Below, piece by piece: positions 39,573-49,392 of a DNA stretch of 64,000 bases (position 1 is the first letter of the stretch; each line of letters starts with the position of its first letter). Made by a program: the position numbers and the translations under genes. Origin of the DNA: Arcobacteraceae bacterium (GTDB taxonomy: Bacteria; Campylobacterota; Campylobacteria; Campylobacterales; Arcobacteraceae); contig OY759974.1 of assembly GCA_963662945.1 (NCBI GenBank), forward strand, positions 96,001 through 160,000, given 5' to 3'. Under the pieces are notes generated by a model. It saw only the letters and a list, made by a program, of their open reading frames with translations, made no database searches and was not told the DNA's origin.

Positions 39573-39941
39573 TTATTTTTTAGTTAAAACTATATTAACA
39601 GCTTTTAATAACTGATCTGGAACAAATGGCTTTACAATCCAACCTGTAGCACCAGCAGCTTTACCTTTTGTTTTCATTTCATCACTTCTTTCAGTTGTAA
39701 GAACTAAAATAGGAGTCTTAGAATACTGATTAAGTTTTCGAAGTTCTGTTACAAATGTTAATCCATCCATATTTGGCATATTAATATCAGTTATAACTAA
39801 ATCAAACTGAGTACCTTTTGCCTTCTCTAGCCCATCTACACCATCAACAGCTTCAACAACATCGTTGTATCCACCTTCATTTAATGCGTATGATAGCATA
39901 TCTCTTAACATAGTAGAATCATCTACAATCAATAATTTCAT
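39573..39941 (-). CDS. cheY: Chemotaxis response regulator
   Basis: Single receiver domain with DDS, DINMPNMDG, LTTE and GATGWIVKPF. Confidence 0.93.
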   Translation of the reverse strand: MKLLIVDDSTMLRDMLSYALNEGGYNDVVEAVDGVDGLEKAKGTQFDLVITDINMPNMDGLTFVTELRKLNQYSKTPILVLTTERSDEMKTKGKAAGATGWIVKPFVPDQLLKAVNIVLTKK

Positions 39942-40021
39942 TTTATTCCCTTCAAATGAATTTAAAATAATCTCTATAATAACTATAACTAAACTTAGTT
40001 TAAACTAATCTAAAAATTTCC

Positions 40022-42202
40022 TTAGAAATCAGTTGCGATAAGCTCTATCCTGTCTTTAGAGACTTTTAAAACTTTTACACTTATTGTGTCATTTTCATTT
40101 AATACATCTTTAATATTATTTACACGTTGTTTAGAAATTTTAGAAATATGTAAAAGACCTTCTCCACCCTTCGGAAGCTCAATAAAAGCTCCAAAATCAG
40201 CGATTCTTACCACTTTCCCTTCTAATACATCATCTATATTATAGATATGGTCAAAATTTACAACTTCTTTTTTTTGAAATGATTTTGCATTAGATGATAT
40301 ATTTTTAACTTGTTCCGCTGCACCTAAAATATCATTTTTATCACTACCAGTTATTTTAACAGCTCCACTTGTTTTATCTAAATCTATAGAAACTCCCCAT
40401 TTTTCAATAATCTCTCTAATTACAGAACCTGCTTTTCCAATAACAGCTAAAACTTTAGTAGGGTCAATATTAAACTGTTCAATTAATGGTAAAGCATCAC
40501 TAGGCACTATTTCTTTAGTTGCTTCTTCCATCAATGATAAAATATGTACTCTTCCCTCTTTTGCTTGTTCTAATGCTTCTTTTAATACTTCTAATGAAAT
40601 ACCACCAAGTTTTATATCCATTTGAAGTGCTGTTATACCATTTGTTGTTCCAGTAACTTTAAAATCCATATCTCCGTCATGATCTTCAAGTCCCATTATA
40701 TCTGTAAGAATTGCATATTTATCATCTTTAAAAACACCTCCCATAGCAACACCTGCTACAAGTGATGAAATAGGAATACCAGCCGCTTTTAAAGCTATTG
40801 AACCTCCACAAACTGTTGCCATAGAAGAACTACCATTTGATTCAAAAATCTCAGATACTAATCGGATAGTATCTGTATAATCTTTATCAATTGAAGACTC
40901 TAATGCTCTTTTTGCTAAATTTCCATGTCCTAATTCTCGTCTACTTACTCCAAAAATAGGTTTGGCTTCACCTACACTAAATCCTGGAAAATTATAATGA
41001 ACCATAAAATTTTCATTTTTAACATCTTTACTTGTTAATACCTCATACATTTGAGCATCTTTATTATTTCCCAAAGTTGCTACAACTAAAGCTTGCGTTT
41101 CACCTCTTGTAAATAAACAACTACTATGTGTTGATGGTAAAATATTTGTTTCAATTGTTATATCTCTCACATCTTTTAATCCACGTCCATCTGCTCGTAA
41201 CTTTTCTTCAATAATCATATCTCTAACAATATCTTTTTTTATAATTTCTACAGCTTCTCTAAGATCTTTTAATTCTATCTCATTTTCTATAGAAAAAGCA
41301 TCATTCAATATCTTCTTAGCAAGATCGTCTAATCCACTAAATCTTTCTTTTTTTGCCATAACTTTAATTGCATCTTTGATATTATTTAGATAATTTTCTT
41401 TTACATACACTAATAATTGCTCAGTAATATTCATTTCAAATAAATCTACAACTTGTGACTCTTGTTTTGCGAAATCAAAACTTTTTTCATATGTTTTATT
41501 TGTATTAGTAATAATTTTAGAAGCTATTGCAATTGCCTCAACCAATTCATCTTCACTAATATCATTAATATTATGAATTTTTGTAAAGCTTTCAATATCA
41601 ACTTCAACCATTTCTTGCGATGATATAGCTTTCATTTCAATCATTAATAATTCATTTGATGTTCCAGCAACATATAAATCTAATGTAGATTCTTCTTGTT
41701 GGATTAAGGAAGGGTTAATAATAAATTCTCCATCTATTCTCCCTATTCTTGTAGCACATACAGATCTTTCAACTGGAATATCTGAAGTAAATAATGCAGC
41801 AGATGCAGCATTTAATGCTAATACTTGTAAATCAGCTTCAGTATCAACACTTAAAACCATTACAGTAATTGTTGTAGGATAAACATATCCTTTTGGAAAT
41901 AGTGGTCGTAAACTTCTATCAATAATTCTTGAAGTTAAGGTTTCAAAATCATTAGGTTTTCCTTCTCTTTTAATAAAACCACCTGCAAATTTAGCAGCCG
42001 CATAAGTTTTTTCTATATATTGAACAGTTAGAGGTGTAAAATCCTCACTAACTGGATTATCAAACTCAGATACTACAGTTGCCATTAAAACCGTATTTCC
42101 CACCCTATACAATACAGAACCATTGCTTTGTTTTGCTACTTTATTAAATTCAAAAACCTCTTTAACATTATTTATTTCCAATTCACATATGGTTGACATC
42201 AT
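40022..42202 (-). CDS. pnp: Polyribonucleotide nucleotidyltransferase
   Basis: Two RNase PH domains (SRIIDRSLRPLF, FTRGETQ, ESNGSSSMA, GDMDFKV), KH and S1 domains. Confidence 0.96.
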   Translation of the reverse strand: MMSTICELEINNVKEVFEFNKVAKQSNGSVLYRVGNTVLMATVVSEFDNPVSEDFTPLTVQYIEKTYAAAKFAGGFIKREGKPNDFETLTSRIIDRSLRPLFPKGYVYPTTITVMVLSVDTEADLQVLALNAASAALFTSDIPVERSVCATRIGRIDGEFIINPSLIQQEESTLDLYVAGTSNELLMIEMKAISSQEMVEVDIESFTKIHNINDISEDELVEAIAIASKIITNTNKTYEKSFDFAKQESQVVDLFEMNITEQLLVYVKENYLNNIKDAIKVMAKKERFSGLDDLAKKILNDAFSIENEIELKDLREAVEIIKKDIVRDMIIEEKLRADGRGLKDVRDITIETNILPSTHSSCLFTRGETQALVVATLGNNKDAQMYEVLTSKDVKNENFMVHYNFPGFSVGEAKPIFGVSRRELGHGNLAKRALESSIDKDYTDTIRLVSEIFESNGSSSMATVCGGSIALKAAGIPISSLVAGVAMGGVFKDDKYAILTDIMGLEDHDGDMDFKVTGTTNGITALQMDIKLGGISLEVLKEALEQAKEGRVHILSLMEEATKEIVPSDALPLIEQFNIDPTKVLAVIGKAGSVIREIIEKWGVSIDLDKTSGAVKITGSDKNDILGAAEQVKNISSNAKSFQKKEVVNFDHIYNIDDVLEGKVVRIADFGAFIELPKGGEGLLHISKISKQRVNNIKDVLNENDTISVKVLKVSKDRIELIATDF

Positions 42203-42863
42203 TTTCCTTTTTATAATTATCTTTTAATTTTTCTATATCTTCTAATTCAATTTGTTCTAATTTTTCATAATAAAAATCAATTGAAACAAAATGTGCAGGT
42301 GCTTGAACAAAATATAAATCATCTGCTATTGTCTCTATATCATTAATCGTAACTTCTGGTAAGACAGGTACTGCAACACAAATTGATTTTGCTTGTTTAC
42401 TAATTACAGATTTAATACATGCCATCATTGTAAGTCCAGTATTTAATCCCTCATCAACCAACAAAACATTACTATTAGCTAAATTCATTATATCTGAACT
42501 ATCTCTATACTTAGCTTTATACTCTTGTATATCTTTTAAATACATCTCTTTAGATTCATCATAAATATCTTCCAAATCTAAAGAAAATGATTTTAATAGT
42601 TCTTCATGAACAACAATATCTTGGGTTTCTGTAATAATGGCAATTTCACATTCATTATTATTTTTCGTAAATATTTTTTTTGTAAAAAGGTAATCAAATT
42701 TTGCATTAAGCTTTTGAGCTAAATCTAATGCAATTGGAACTCCACCTGCTGAAATAGCAAGTATTATCCATTGTTCTTTTTTCATATCATCTGTAGGTAA
42801 AACATTATAAAGCATAGTAGCAGCTTCTTGTCTATCTTTAAAAATTATATTATCTATTTTCAA
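42183..42863 (-). CDS. Phosphoribosyltransferase family protein
   Basis: FKDRQEAA, AGGVPIA and a PRPP loop VLLVDEGLNTGLTM. Confidence 0.85.
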   Translation of the reverse strand: MKIDNIIFKDRQEAATMLYNVLPTDDMKKEQWIILAISAGGVPIALDLAQKLNAKFDYLFTKKIFTKNNNECEIAIITETQDIVVHEELLKSFSLDLEDIYDESKEMYLKDIQEYKAKYRDSSDIMNLANSNVLLVDEGLNTGLTMMACIKSVISKQAKSICVAVPVLPEVTINDIETIADDLYFVQAPAHFVSIDFYYEKLEQIELEDIEKLKDNYKKENDVNHM

Positions 42864-42868
42864 AATAT

Positions 42869-44977
42869 TTACCTTTGTTTTAATTTATAATTTTGACGCA
42901 AATCAAAAAGTTGTTTTAAATTAAATTCAATATACAATATATCTTGTCTTGTAACACTTCCATTTGTTGTATTTGTAGCAACTAAAGAATTAACATATTT
43001 TAAATTTAAAGCCCAACATTTTTCGTCTATTCCAAAGATATATTGTTTTTTTCTACTCACATCTTGAATCATATCATATTCTTCTTTGTAGCTAAGACTA
43101 TAATACTTATAAAAATCAAACCCTAATTCATATGTTATATACTCATCTTTTAAAAATGTAAGTTCATCCTTTTTATAACTATGATAAAGTTTTACAAAAG
43201 TATTTTCATAATTTACATTAATATTTGAAACTGATGAAACTATCTCTTTTAATGTATAATTATAAAATAATCTATTTGCAAGAGAACCATATTGAAAATA
43301 AATTATTAAATCATTTTCTAAATTCCCTTCTTCATATTTTTTTGTTAATTCATTATATGAATATATTTGATTCATTTTATGTGTAATTATAGGTGATACC
43401 GTTTCTTTTGTATAAAATGATTGCGAAAATCCTAAAGATATTGTTTCTTGAATACCAGAAATTGGAAATATAGATAATGTGTCATTTTGTGCATTACCAA
43501 TTAAATCTGGATTATAAATACTACCCTCTTTTTTAAAAACATTAGGCTTAGTATAAGTTCCCATTAAATTCAATGTATGTATAAAACTATCATAAGGTTT
43601 AACTAAATCTGTATAAATAGAAATAATATGATTTGTTGACCCATAATTGGCGCTATCATATAGATTATTATCATTTGTATAATCTATATTTGTATAGTTA
43701 ATTTGTTCACTTAAAGAGATATTTAAATAATCATCTAAAAGTGTAAAACTATAATTTATTGGAACATAAACTTGAGTAGTATTAGCCCCTATACCTATAT
43801 CTCGAGTATCTCGAGTTACTTTTGTGTCAAGAGAATAAGATAATTTATCCAATAATAAACTATCAGAATATTTATGTAAATTTACTGCTGGTAATGTTTG
43901 CATTACATCATCATTATTATCTTTAGATAAGTCATCATAATACTTCATCTCTAAATCACCATAATACTTATTTGTATTATAATAATACTTTAACGATGAT
44001 TCTAAAAATTTATCAGTATAAGTACTCGTATCATTGTCATATCGTGTATCTAAATAATCAACATCATTCATACTTACAAAATCTATCAATAAACCGTCTG
44101 TTGTAGTTAGATTATCAGAAAATAAATTTGTTCGTAAATAATTTAAACTCGTACCATAATGTTTACTATTCACAAGCTTATTTTCATCTTGATATTCATC
44201 ATTTTCCTCAAATATACCTGTTTCAAATTTTAAATAAGAATAAGCGGAGTCTTTATACCTATAATTGAAATATATTCCACCTCCTCTATCTGTTCTTATT
44301 TGGGGAATAAACTCCATATCATAATTTGATTGTGGTGCATAATAGATTGGTTGTGCATAAACAAAACCTTCATCTTTTGAAATTCCAATTGTTGGTGGTA
44401 ATAATCCAGTTCGTCTTGTTTTATCAGTTGAGAACCCAAAATAAGGTGTGTATATTATTGGAAAATTGTTAATAAAAAGAGTTGTATTATATGTATTTAC
44501 CCATTTTTCTTCAGTATCATAATCCCCACTTGTAAAGCTAAGACTCCAAGCAGGATTACTACAATCACAGCTAGACATTGTTGAGTTATTTAAATTATAA
44601 GTATTTTTTGTTGCGTCTGTATCTGATGAATTAAACCATAACTGACTTTTATTATCAAGCATTAACATTGGTGTTATCTTTTTAATCTCTTTATTATTGT
44701 CTATAAAAAGATATTGTGAAAAACTCACTTGTTGATTGTTTTTTATTAAATTAACATCATCAAATAATTCTATAGTTGCATTCGTTTTATCATAAATTAG
44801 CTTTTTTGAAGTAATATAATAGTTTTGTGAAAATACAACCACATCACCAACTGCTGTAATAATATTATCCTTAGTATTAAGGTTTTTTGCAACTATCTGT
44901 ATATTTTCATCTGTAAACTCAGCTGCATTAACTAACGTATAAGTAAAAAAAATAAAATATAAAAAAAATCTATGCAT
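42869..44977 (-). CDS. lptD: LPS-assembly protein LptD
   Basis: SSCDCSNPAW, PIIYTPY, RRTGLLPP, KCW near the C-terminus; beta-barrel composition; conserved position. Confidence 0.9.
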   Translation of the reverse strand: MHRFFLYFIFFTYTLVNAAEFTDENIQIVAKNLNTKDNIITAVGDVVVFSQNYYITSKKLIYDKTNATIELFDDVNLIKNNQQVSFSQYLFIDNNKEIKKITPMLMLDNKSQLWFNSSDTDATKNTYNLNNSTMSSCDCSNPAWSLSFTSGDYDTEEKWVNTYNTTLFINNFPIIYTPYFGFSTDKTRRTGLLPPTIGISKDEGFVYAQPIYYAPQSNYDMEFIPQIRTDRGGGIYFNYRYKDSAYSYLKFETGIFEENDEYQDENKLVNSKHYGTSLNYLRTNLFSDNLTTTDGLLIDFVSMNDVDYLDTRYDNDTSTYTDKFLESSLKYYYNTNKYYGDLEMKYYDDLSKDNNDDVMQTLPAVNLHKYSDSLLLDKLSYSLDTKVTRDTRDIGIGANTTQVYVPINYSFTLLDDYLNISLSEQINYTNIDYTNDNNLYDSANYGSTNHIISIYTDLVKPYDSFIHTLNLMGTYTKPNVFKKEGSIYNPDLIGNAQNDTLSIFPISGIQETISLGFSQSFYTKETVSPIITHKMNQIYSYNELTKKYEEGNLENDLIIYFQYGSLANRLFYNYTLKEIVSSVSNINVNYENTFVKLYHSYKKDELTFLKDEYITYELGFDFYKYYSLSYKEEYDMIQDVSRKKQYIFGIDEKCWALNLKYVNSLVATNTTNGSVTRQDILYIEFNLKQLFDLRQNYKLKQR

Positions 44978-45413
44978 TTACAACCAATGTTTTTCCGAAC
45001 TTATCGTGAAGTGTTTGTCGAGAATCCGTATAATATGCAAGAAGAAAACCAATATAAAAAATCATCTCACTAATAATTCTTCCACCAGATCGTAATGCAC
45101 TATTTACTAATGATACTTTCCCAAAATCATCAAAGTCTATAACTTTAATTTTTGCTATTAATTTTCCAATAGTTGCTCCGTAATACCAAATAAAAAATGT
45201 TTGATATATAAACTTAATAAAAACTATTTGAAAAAAGGCAGAGTTCATTATAGTCATAATAGCAATAAAATCACCATTTGAAGCTTTAACACTATCCCAT
45301 AACAATAGCAATACCAATAAAGTTATTGATAAATCATCAATTATAAAAGCTTTTACTCTAGAACCCATAGAAGCAAGCTGTAAATTATCTATATCTATTT
45401 TGTTATTTTCCAT
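44970..45413 (-). CDS. RDD family membrane protein
   Basis: LASMGSRVKAFIID, GATIGK, RQTLHDK. Confidence 0.9.
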   Translation of the reverse strand: MENNKIDIDNLQLASMGSRVKAFIIDDLSITLLVLLLLWDSVKASNGDFIAIMTIMNSAFFQIVFIKFIYQTFFIWYYGATIGKLIAKIKVIDFDDFGKVSLVNSALRSGGRIISEMIFYIGFLLAYYTDSRQTLHDKFGKTLVVNA

Positions 45414-45422
45414 AGACTCTTC

Positions 45423-46694
45423 TTATTTTAAAGCTTGATATGCTATATCTGTTCTACACTTTTTTCCAGCAAAATGAACTTGGCCACAAAGTGCATAAGC
45501 TCTATCTCTTGCAGTTTGAATATCACTTCCAAATCCTATACATAATAAAACTCTACCACCCGTTGCTAATAGAGTGTCACCATCTTTTTTTACACCAGCA
45601 TAAGAGATATGAGAATTCTCTTTTAATACTTCATCATGGATTTCATCAACTATAATTTCAGCAGGTACGCTATCCCCATAAGGATAATTACCACTAGCCA
45701 TAACTACTGCAACACCATACTGTTTTTTAATTTTAATATCTAACTTATCAAGTTGCTTTGTAGCACCTTTATAAAACAATTCACTCACTGGTGTTTCAAG
45801 AAGTGGCATAAGTATCTCACACTCAGGATCACCAAACCTTACATTATATTCCAAAATTATAGGTTCGCCATCAACGACCATTACTCCAATAAATAAAACA
45901 CCTTCAAACGGAGCTCCTTCTTGCTTCATTCCAGCAATTGTAGGTTTAATTACTCGTTCTTCTACTTTTTTATAAATATCATCATTGACAAGTGGAGTTG
46001 GAGCATAAGCACCCATACCTCCTGTATTTGGACCAGTATCACCATCCCCTACTCTTTTATGATCTTGAGCAGCTGGTAAAACTACATAATTATCCCCATC
46101 ACAAATAGCAAAAATAGAAAGTTCATATCCATCTAAATATTCTTCAACAACTACCTTATTTCCCGCATCACCAAAACTTTCTCCACTTAGCATACCACTT
46201 ACGGCATTTTTAGCTTCCTCTTTTGAAGTTGCTATTATTACACCTTTTCCTGCACATAAACCATCTGCTTTTACAACAATAGGAGTTTTAGTCATACTAT
46301 CTATAAAATTGAAAGCTTCTTCTTTTGATGATGTTTCAATAAATGCAGCTGTTGGGATATTATATTTTTTAAGTATATTTTTCATATATACTTTACTACC
46401 CTCTAACTGTGCTGCTTTTGCACTTGGCCCAAAAATAGTTAAACCTTCTTCTTTAAAGATGTCAACTACACCATCAACAAGTGGTTGTTCTGGCCCTACT
46501 ATGGTAAGTTCTATATTGTTATTCTTTGCCCAAGAAGCTAATTCTTTATAATCTTTTATATTGATATTGCTACCTAACTTATCCGTAGCACCATTTCCTG
46601 GACAAAAAGTAATATTGTGTTTTTTATCTTCTTTTGAAATTGCAAGTCCAATAGAGTATTCTCTACCACCACTCCCAAGTATTAAAATATTCAT
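45423..46694 (-). CDS. purD: Phosphoribosylamine-glycine ligase
   Basis: [38 protein letters not shown]. Confidence 0.97.
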   Translation of the reverse strand: MNILILGSGGREYSIGLAISKEDKKHNITFCPGNGATDKLGSNINIKDYKELASWAKNNNIELTIVGPEQPLVDGVVDIFKEEGLTIFGPSAKAAQLEGSKVYMKNILKKYNIPTAAFIETSSKEEAFNFIDSMTKTPIVVKADGLCAGKGVIIATSKEEAKNAVSGMLSGESFGDAGNKVVVEEYLDGYELSIFAICDGDNYVVLPAAQDHKRVGDGDTGPNTGGMGAYAPTPLVNDDIYKKVEERVIKPTIAGMKQEGAPFEGVLFIGVMVVDGEPIILEYNVRFGDPECEILMPLLETPVSELFYKGATKQLDKLDIKIKKQYGVAVVMASGNYPYGDSVPAEIIVDEIHDEVLKENSHISYAGVKKDGDTLLATGGRVLLCIGFGSDIQTARDRAYALCGQVHFAGKKCRTDIAYQALK

Positions 46695-46980
46695 ATTTTT
46701 AATTCCTTACTATAGCTATTAACTTATCTTTATTAATCTATAGTATATCAAAACTCAACTTAATAAAAATCAAAATGTGGTTTCATTTTTTTATAAATTA
46801 TTATGGTTAGTCGGTCATTTTTGACAATCAAAATAAATATAATCAAATATTCAAAGATATTCTTATGTTATACTAAATTATTCTTTACCAAAATGTATAA
46901 TTATTATAAATGCTAAGTCCATAAAATAAAGATGAAAAGTGGGAAATATTTTTTAAAATTGAATATTTAATATAGAAAAG

Positions 46981-47170
46981 ATCAAGATAGCCGTTAACCT
47001 TAAGGTGGCCCTAAAAGCCAAAGTATTACGGTTAAGAATGTAATTTCAGGAGCAACAATCACCATCTTTAACCAAAAGTGGGAAGCGCTACACACCATCA
47101 CAAGTTACATTAACCGTATAAAAACAGTATCGGACCCAAAAAATAAAGGAAAATCCCGAACTATCTAGAT
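46981..47170 (-). ncRNA. ssrS: 6S RNA
   Basis: 190 nt; 5' ATCTAGATAG pairs with 3' CTATCTTGAT; inner stem TACGGTTAA-TGTAA/TTACA-TTC-TTAACCGTA borders a central bubble. Extended -10 box just upstream. Position next to purD matches Helicobacter/Campylobacter as I recall it. Confidence 0.85.
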
Positions 47171-47175
47171 ATCAA

Positions 47176-47184
47176 ATTATAACA
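47176..47184 (-). promoter_or_regulatory. Extended -10 sigma70 promoter of the 6S RNA
   Basis: Perfect TGnTATAAT (TGTTATAAT) 5 nt before the predicted 5' end. Confidence 0.8.
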
Positions 47185-47189
47185 TAGTT

Positions 47190-48347
47190 TTAATTAAAAT
47201 CATTTTGTTCAAATAAACTTTTTATATCATCAATTGTTAGCTTATACAGCTTCTTAAAAATAAACTTCATATATTTTGTTTCAGAGGCTGTAAAACCTTT
47301 TGGATCCTTATTAGATACAATCAATTCTGAGCCATTTACCTCTAGTTTTTTTAACTTATCATTAATAATTTTTAAATAATATATTAAACTATAGCCATCT
47401 TTTGTTTGTTCTATTGTCACAATGATTTGATCATCTTGAATTTTATCTAAAGCAATATCTTCTGAAATAGTAGTAATATTTAAATACTTTAATAATTTTA
47501 CAAATGTGTCACTATCCATATGTCCTATATAAAACTTACTATAAATTTCAAAATATTTTAAAATCTTTTTAGATTCTAAAAACTTAAAATCCAAAATACT
47601 TTTATGCTCTTTTCTTAAACTTTTAAGTACCCATAATAAATTATCAAAATATTTAAATGGTGCAACTTTAACTTCATGAGAATGAATTAATTTTTTGCTA
47701 TTTATCTTTTTAAAAACTTTATCTTTAAAATTTCTATTGTGAATCAAATCATCTATAAGCTTCTCGTCTTCTAAAGGTTTGGTGACCCAAACTCTACAAT
47801 AAGAAGGAAATACATTTACACCCATAGCACCTTCACTTAATATAATAAGTGCTTTTACTTTTAATTTAGGAAATAAAAACTCTAATAATGCTTTTTTCTT
47901 TTTTAATCTCTTACGCAAACTCGTTGTTGTTTTTACAATAGTACTTTCAACAAAACATACACTATCTTTAGTAAAAAAAAGTGCATCAAATTCTGTTACA
48001 TCTTTGTAACCTGCTTTATATACAATTTGAGAATTTTTATCTATCATTAAACCATTTTTCATATTCTCATAATTATCTTGATGAGGCCCTTTTAGAACAA
48101 ATTTTTCTATATCATCATTTTTTACTGCATATTGTAATAAAAGTTCATAAATAACATTTTCAAAAACTTCTCCTATAAAACTACTGTATGTACTAATATA
48201 ATGTGGATCTTCTTTATCTGGATTTAGTTTTTGAAGCTTTTGTAAATATCTGTTGTGGTAGGTATAGAAGTATAAATTATCTAAACACGAAGATGTATCT
48301 AAATACTTAATCTCTTTTGGCATTTTTAAAAAATTATTATTAATCAT
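47190..48347 (-). CDS. Hypothetical protein with a PD-(D/E)xK-like N-terminal motif set
   Basis: 385-aa ORF; GEVFENVIYELL...TEFDALFF...CFVEST. Confidence 0.65.
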   Translation of the reverse strand: MINNNFLKMPKEIKYLDTSSCLDNLYFYTYHNRYLQKLQKLNPDKEDPHYISTYSSFIGEVFENVIYELLLQYAVKNDDIEKFVLKGPHQDNYENMKNGLMIDKNSQIVYKAGYKDVTEFDALFFTKDSVCFVESTIVKTTTSLRKRLKKKKALLEFLFPKLKVKALIILSEGAMGVNVFPSYCRVWVTKPLEDEKLIDDLIHNRNFKDKVFKKINSKKLIHSHEVKVAPFKYFDNLLWVLKSLRKEHKSILDFKFLESKKILKYFEIYSKFYIGHMDSDTFVKLLKYLNITTISEDIALDKIQDDQIIVTIEQTKDGYSLIYYLKIINDKLKKLEVNGSELIVSNKDPKGFTASETKYMKFIFKKLYKLTIDDIKSLFEQNDFN

Positions 48348-48462
48348 AATTTATCATAGCTAATTTTTGCTTAATTTAGCTGGTGTAATCATTTTGTAAG
48401 TAAAATAGGATATAATAATTTTCATAGATACTAAAATGAACAAAGAAAAGGATTTTCTGTAA

Positions 48463-49389
48463 ATGAGTACCAAGAGAAATATAATATATGAAGAATTTAA
48501 AGATGGTGAAGAGCTAGATACACATAAAAATGATAAACATAAACCTGATAACTTTGAGAGAAAGAGAAAAAAGCTTAAAGAAAAAGGGAATAAAATACAA
48601 ATCTGGGTAAAAAAAGAAACCCTAGAATATGAAAAAGAACTCACTCAACTACAAATAGAACTTCTCAAATTTCAAAATCATGTAAAAGACAAAGGGCTCA
48701 AAGTTCTTATGATCTTTGAAGGACGTGATGCCGCTGGAAAAGGTGGAACCATCAAAAGAATTACAGAACATCTAAATCCAAGGGGAGCACGAGTTGTAGC
48801 TTTAGAGAAACCAAGTGATCAAGAAACAACACAGTGGTATTTTCAAAGATACTCTAAACATCTTCCATCAGCTGGTGAAATAGTATTATTTGATAGAAGT
48901 TGGTACAATAGAGGTGGAGTTGAACCTGTTATGGGATTTTGTACACCAGAAGAACATCATGAATTTTTACGAGAAGTTCCTCAATTTGAAGATATGCTTG
49001 TAAAATCAGGAATTGTACTACTTAAATTTTACTTTTCCGTTTCAAAAGAGGAACAAGGACGAAGATTTGCTAAAAGAGAGACTGATCCATTAAAACAATA
49101 TAAACTAAGTCCTGTAGATAAAGAATCTCAACAATTATGGGATAAATATACCATAGCAAAATTTTCTATGCTTATGGCCTCTAATACAGATACTTGTCCA
49201 TGGACAATCATAAGAAGTGACAATAAAAAGAAAGCAAGAATAAACTGTATGAAACATATTCTTAATAGAGTTGATTATCCAGATCAAATTAGAGGTAAAA
49301 GTGCTAAAGAGGATAAAGATATAGTTATTAGTGGTGCACAAGAAATTGAGTTAATGGAAGCACAAAACACATTTGCAAAGGTTTTATAA
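48463..49389 (+). CDS. ppk2: Polyphosphate kinase 2 (single-domain, class I-like)
   Basis: FEGRDAAGKGG, WYFQRY, FDRSWYNR, LKQYKLSPVD. Confidence 0.95.
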   Translation: MSTKRNIIYEEFKDGEELDTHKNDKHKPDNFERKRKKLKEKGNKIQIWVKKETLEYEKELTQLQIELLKFQNHVKDKGLKVLMIFEGRDAAGKGGTIKRITEHLNPRGARVVALEKPSDQETTQWYFQRYSKHLPSAGEIVLFDRSWYNRGGVEPVMGFCTPEEHHEFLREVPQFEDMLVKSGIVLLKFYFSVSKEEQGRRFAKRETDPLKQYKLSPVDKESQQLWDKYTIAKFSMLMASNTDTCPWTIIRSDNKKKARINCMKHILNRVDYPDQIRGKSAKEDKDIVISGAQEIELMEAQNTFAKVL

Positions 49390-49392
49390 GAG

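Noticed and set aside
46695-46980. 285-bp gap between purD and the 6S RNA gene, considered as a purine/ZTP riboswitch or small ORF
   Set aside because: Very AT-rich with no recognisable aptamer consensus or credible ORF; it contains a plausible purD promoter (TGATATACT on the minus strand).
48360-48644. 94-aa hydrophobic minus-strand ORF
   Set aside because: Antisense shadow of the K/E-rich ppk2 N-terminus.
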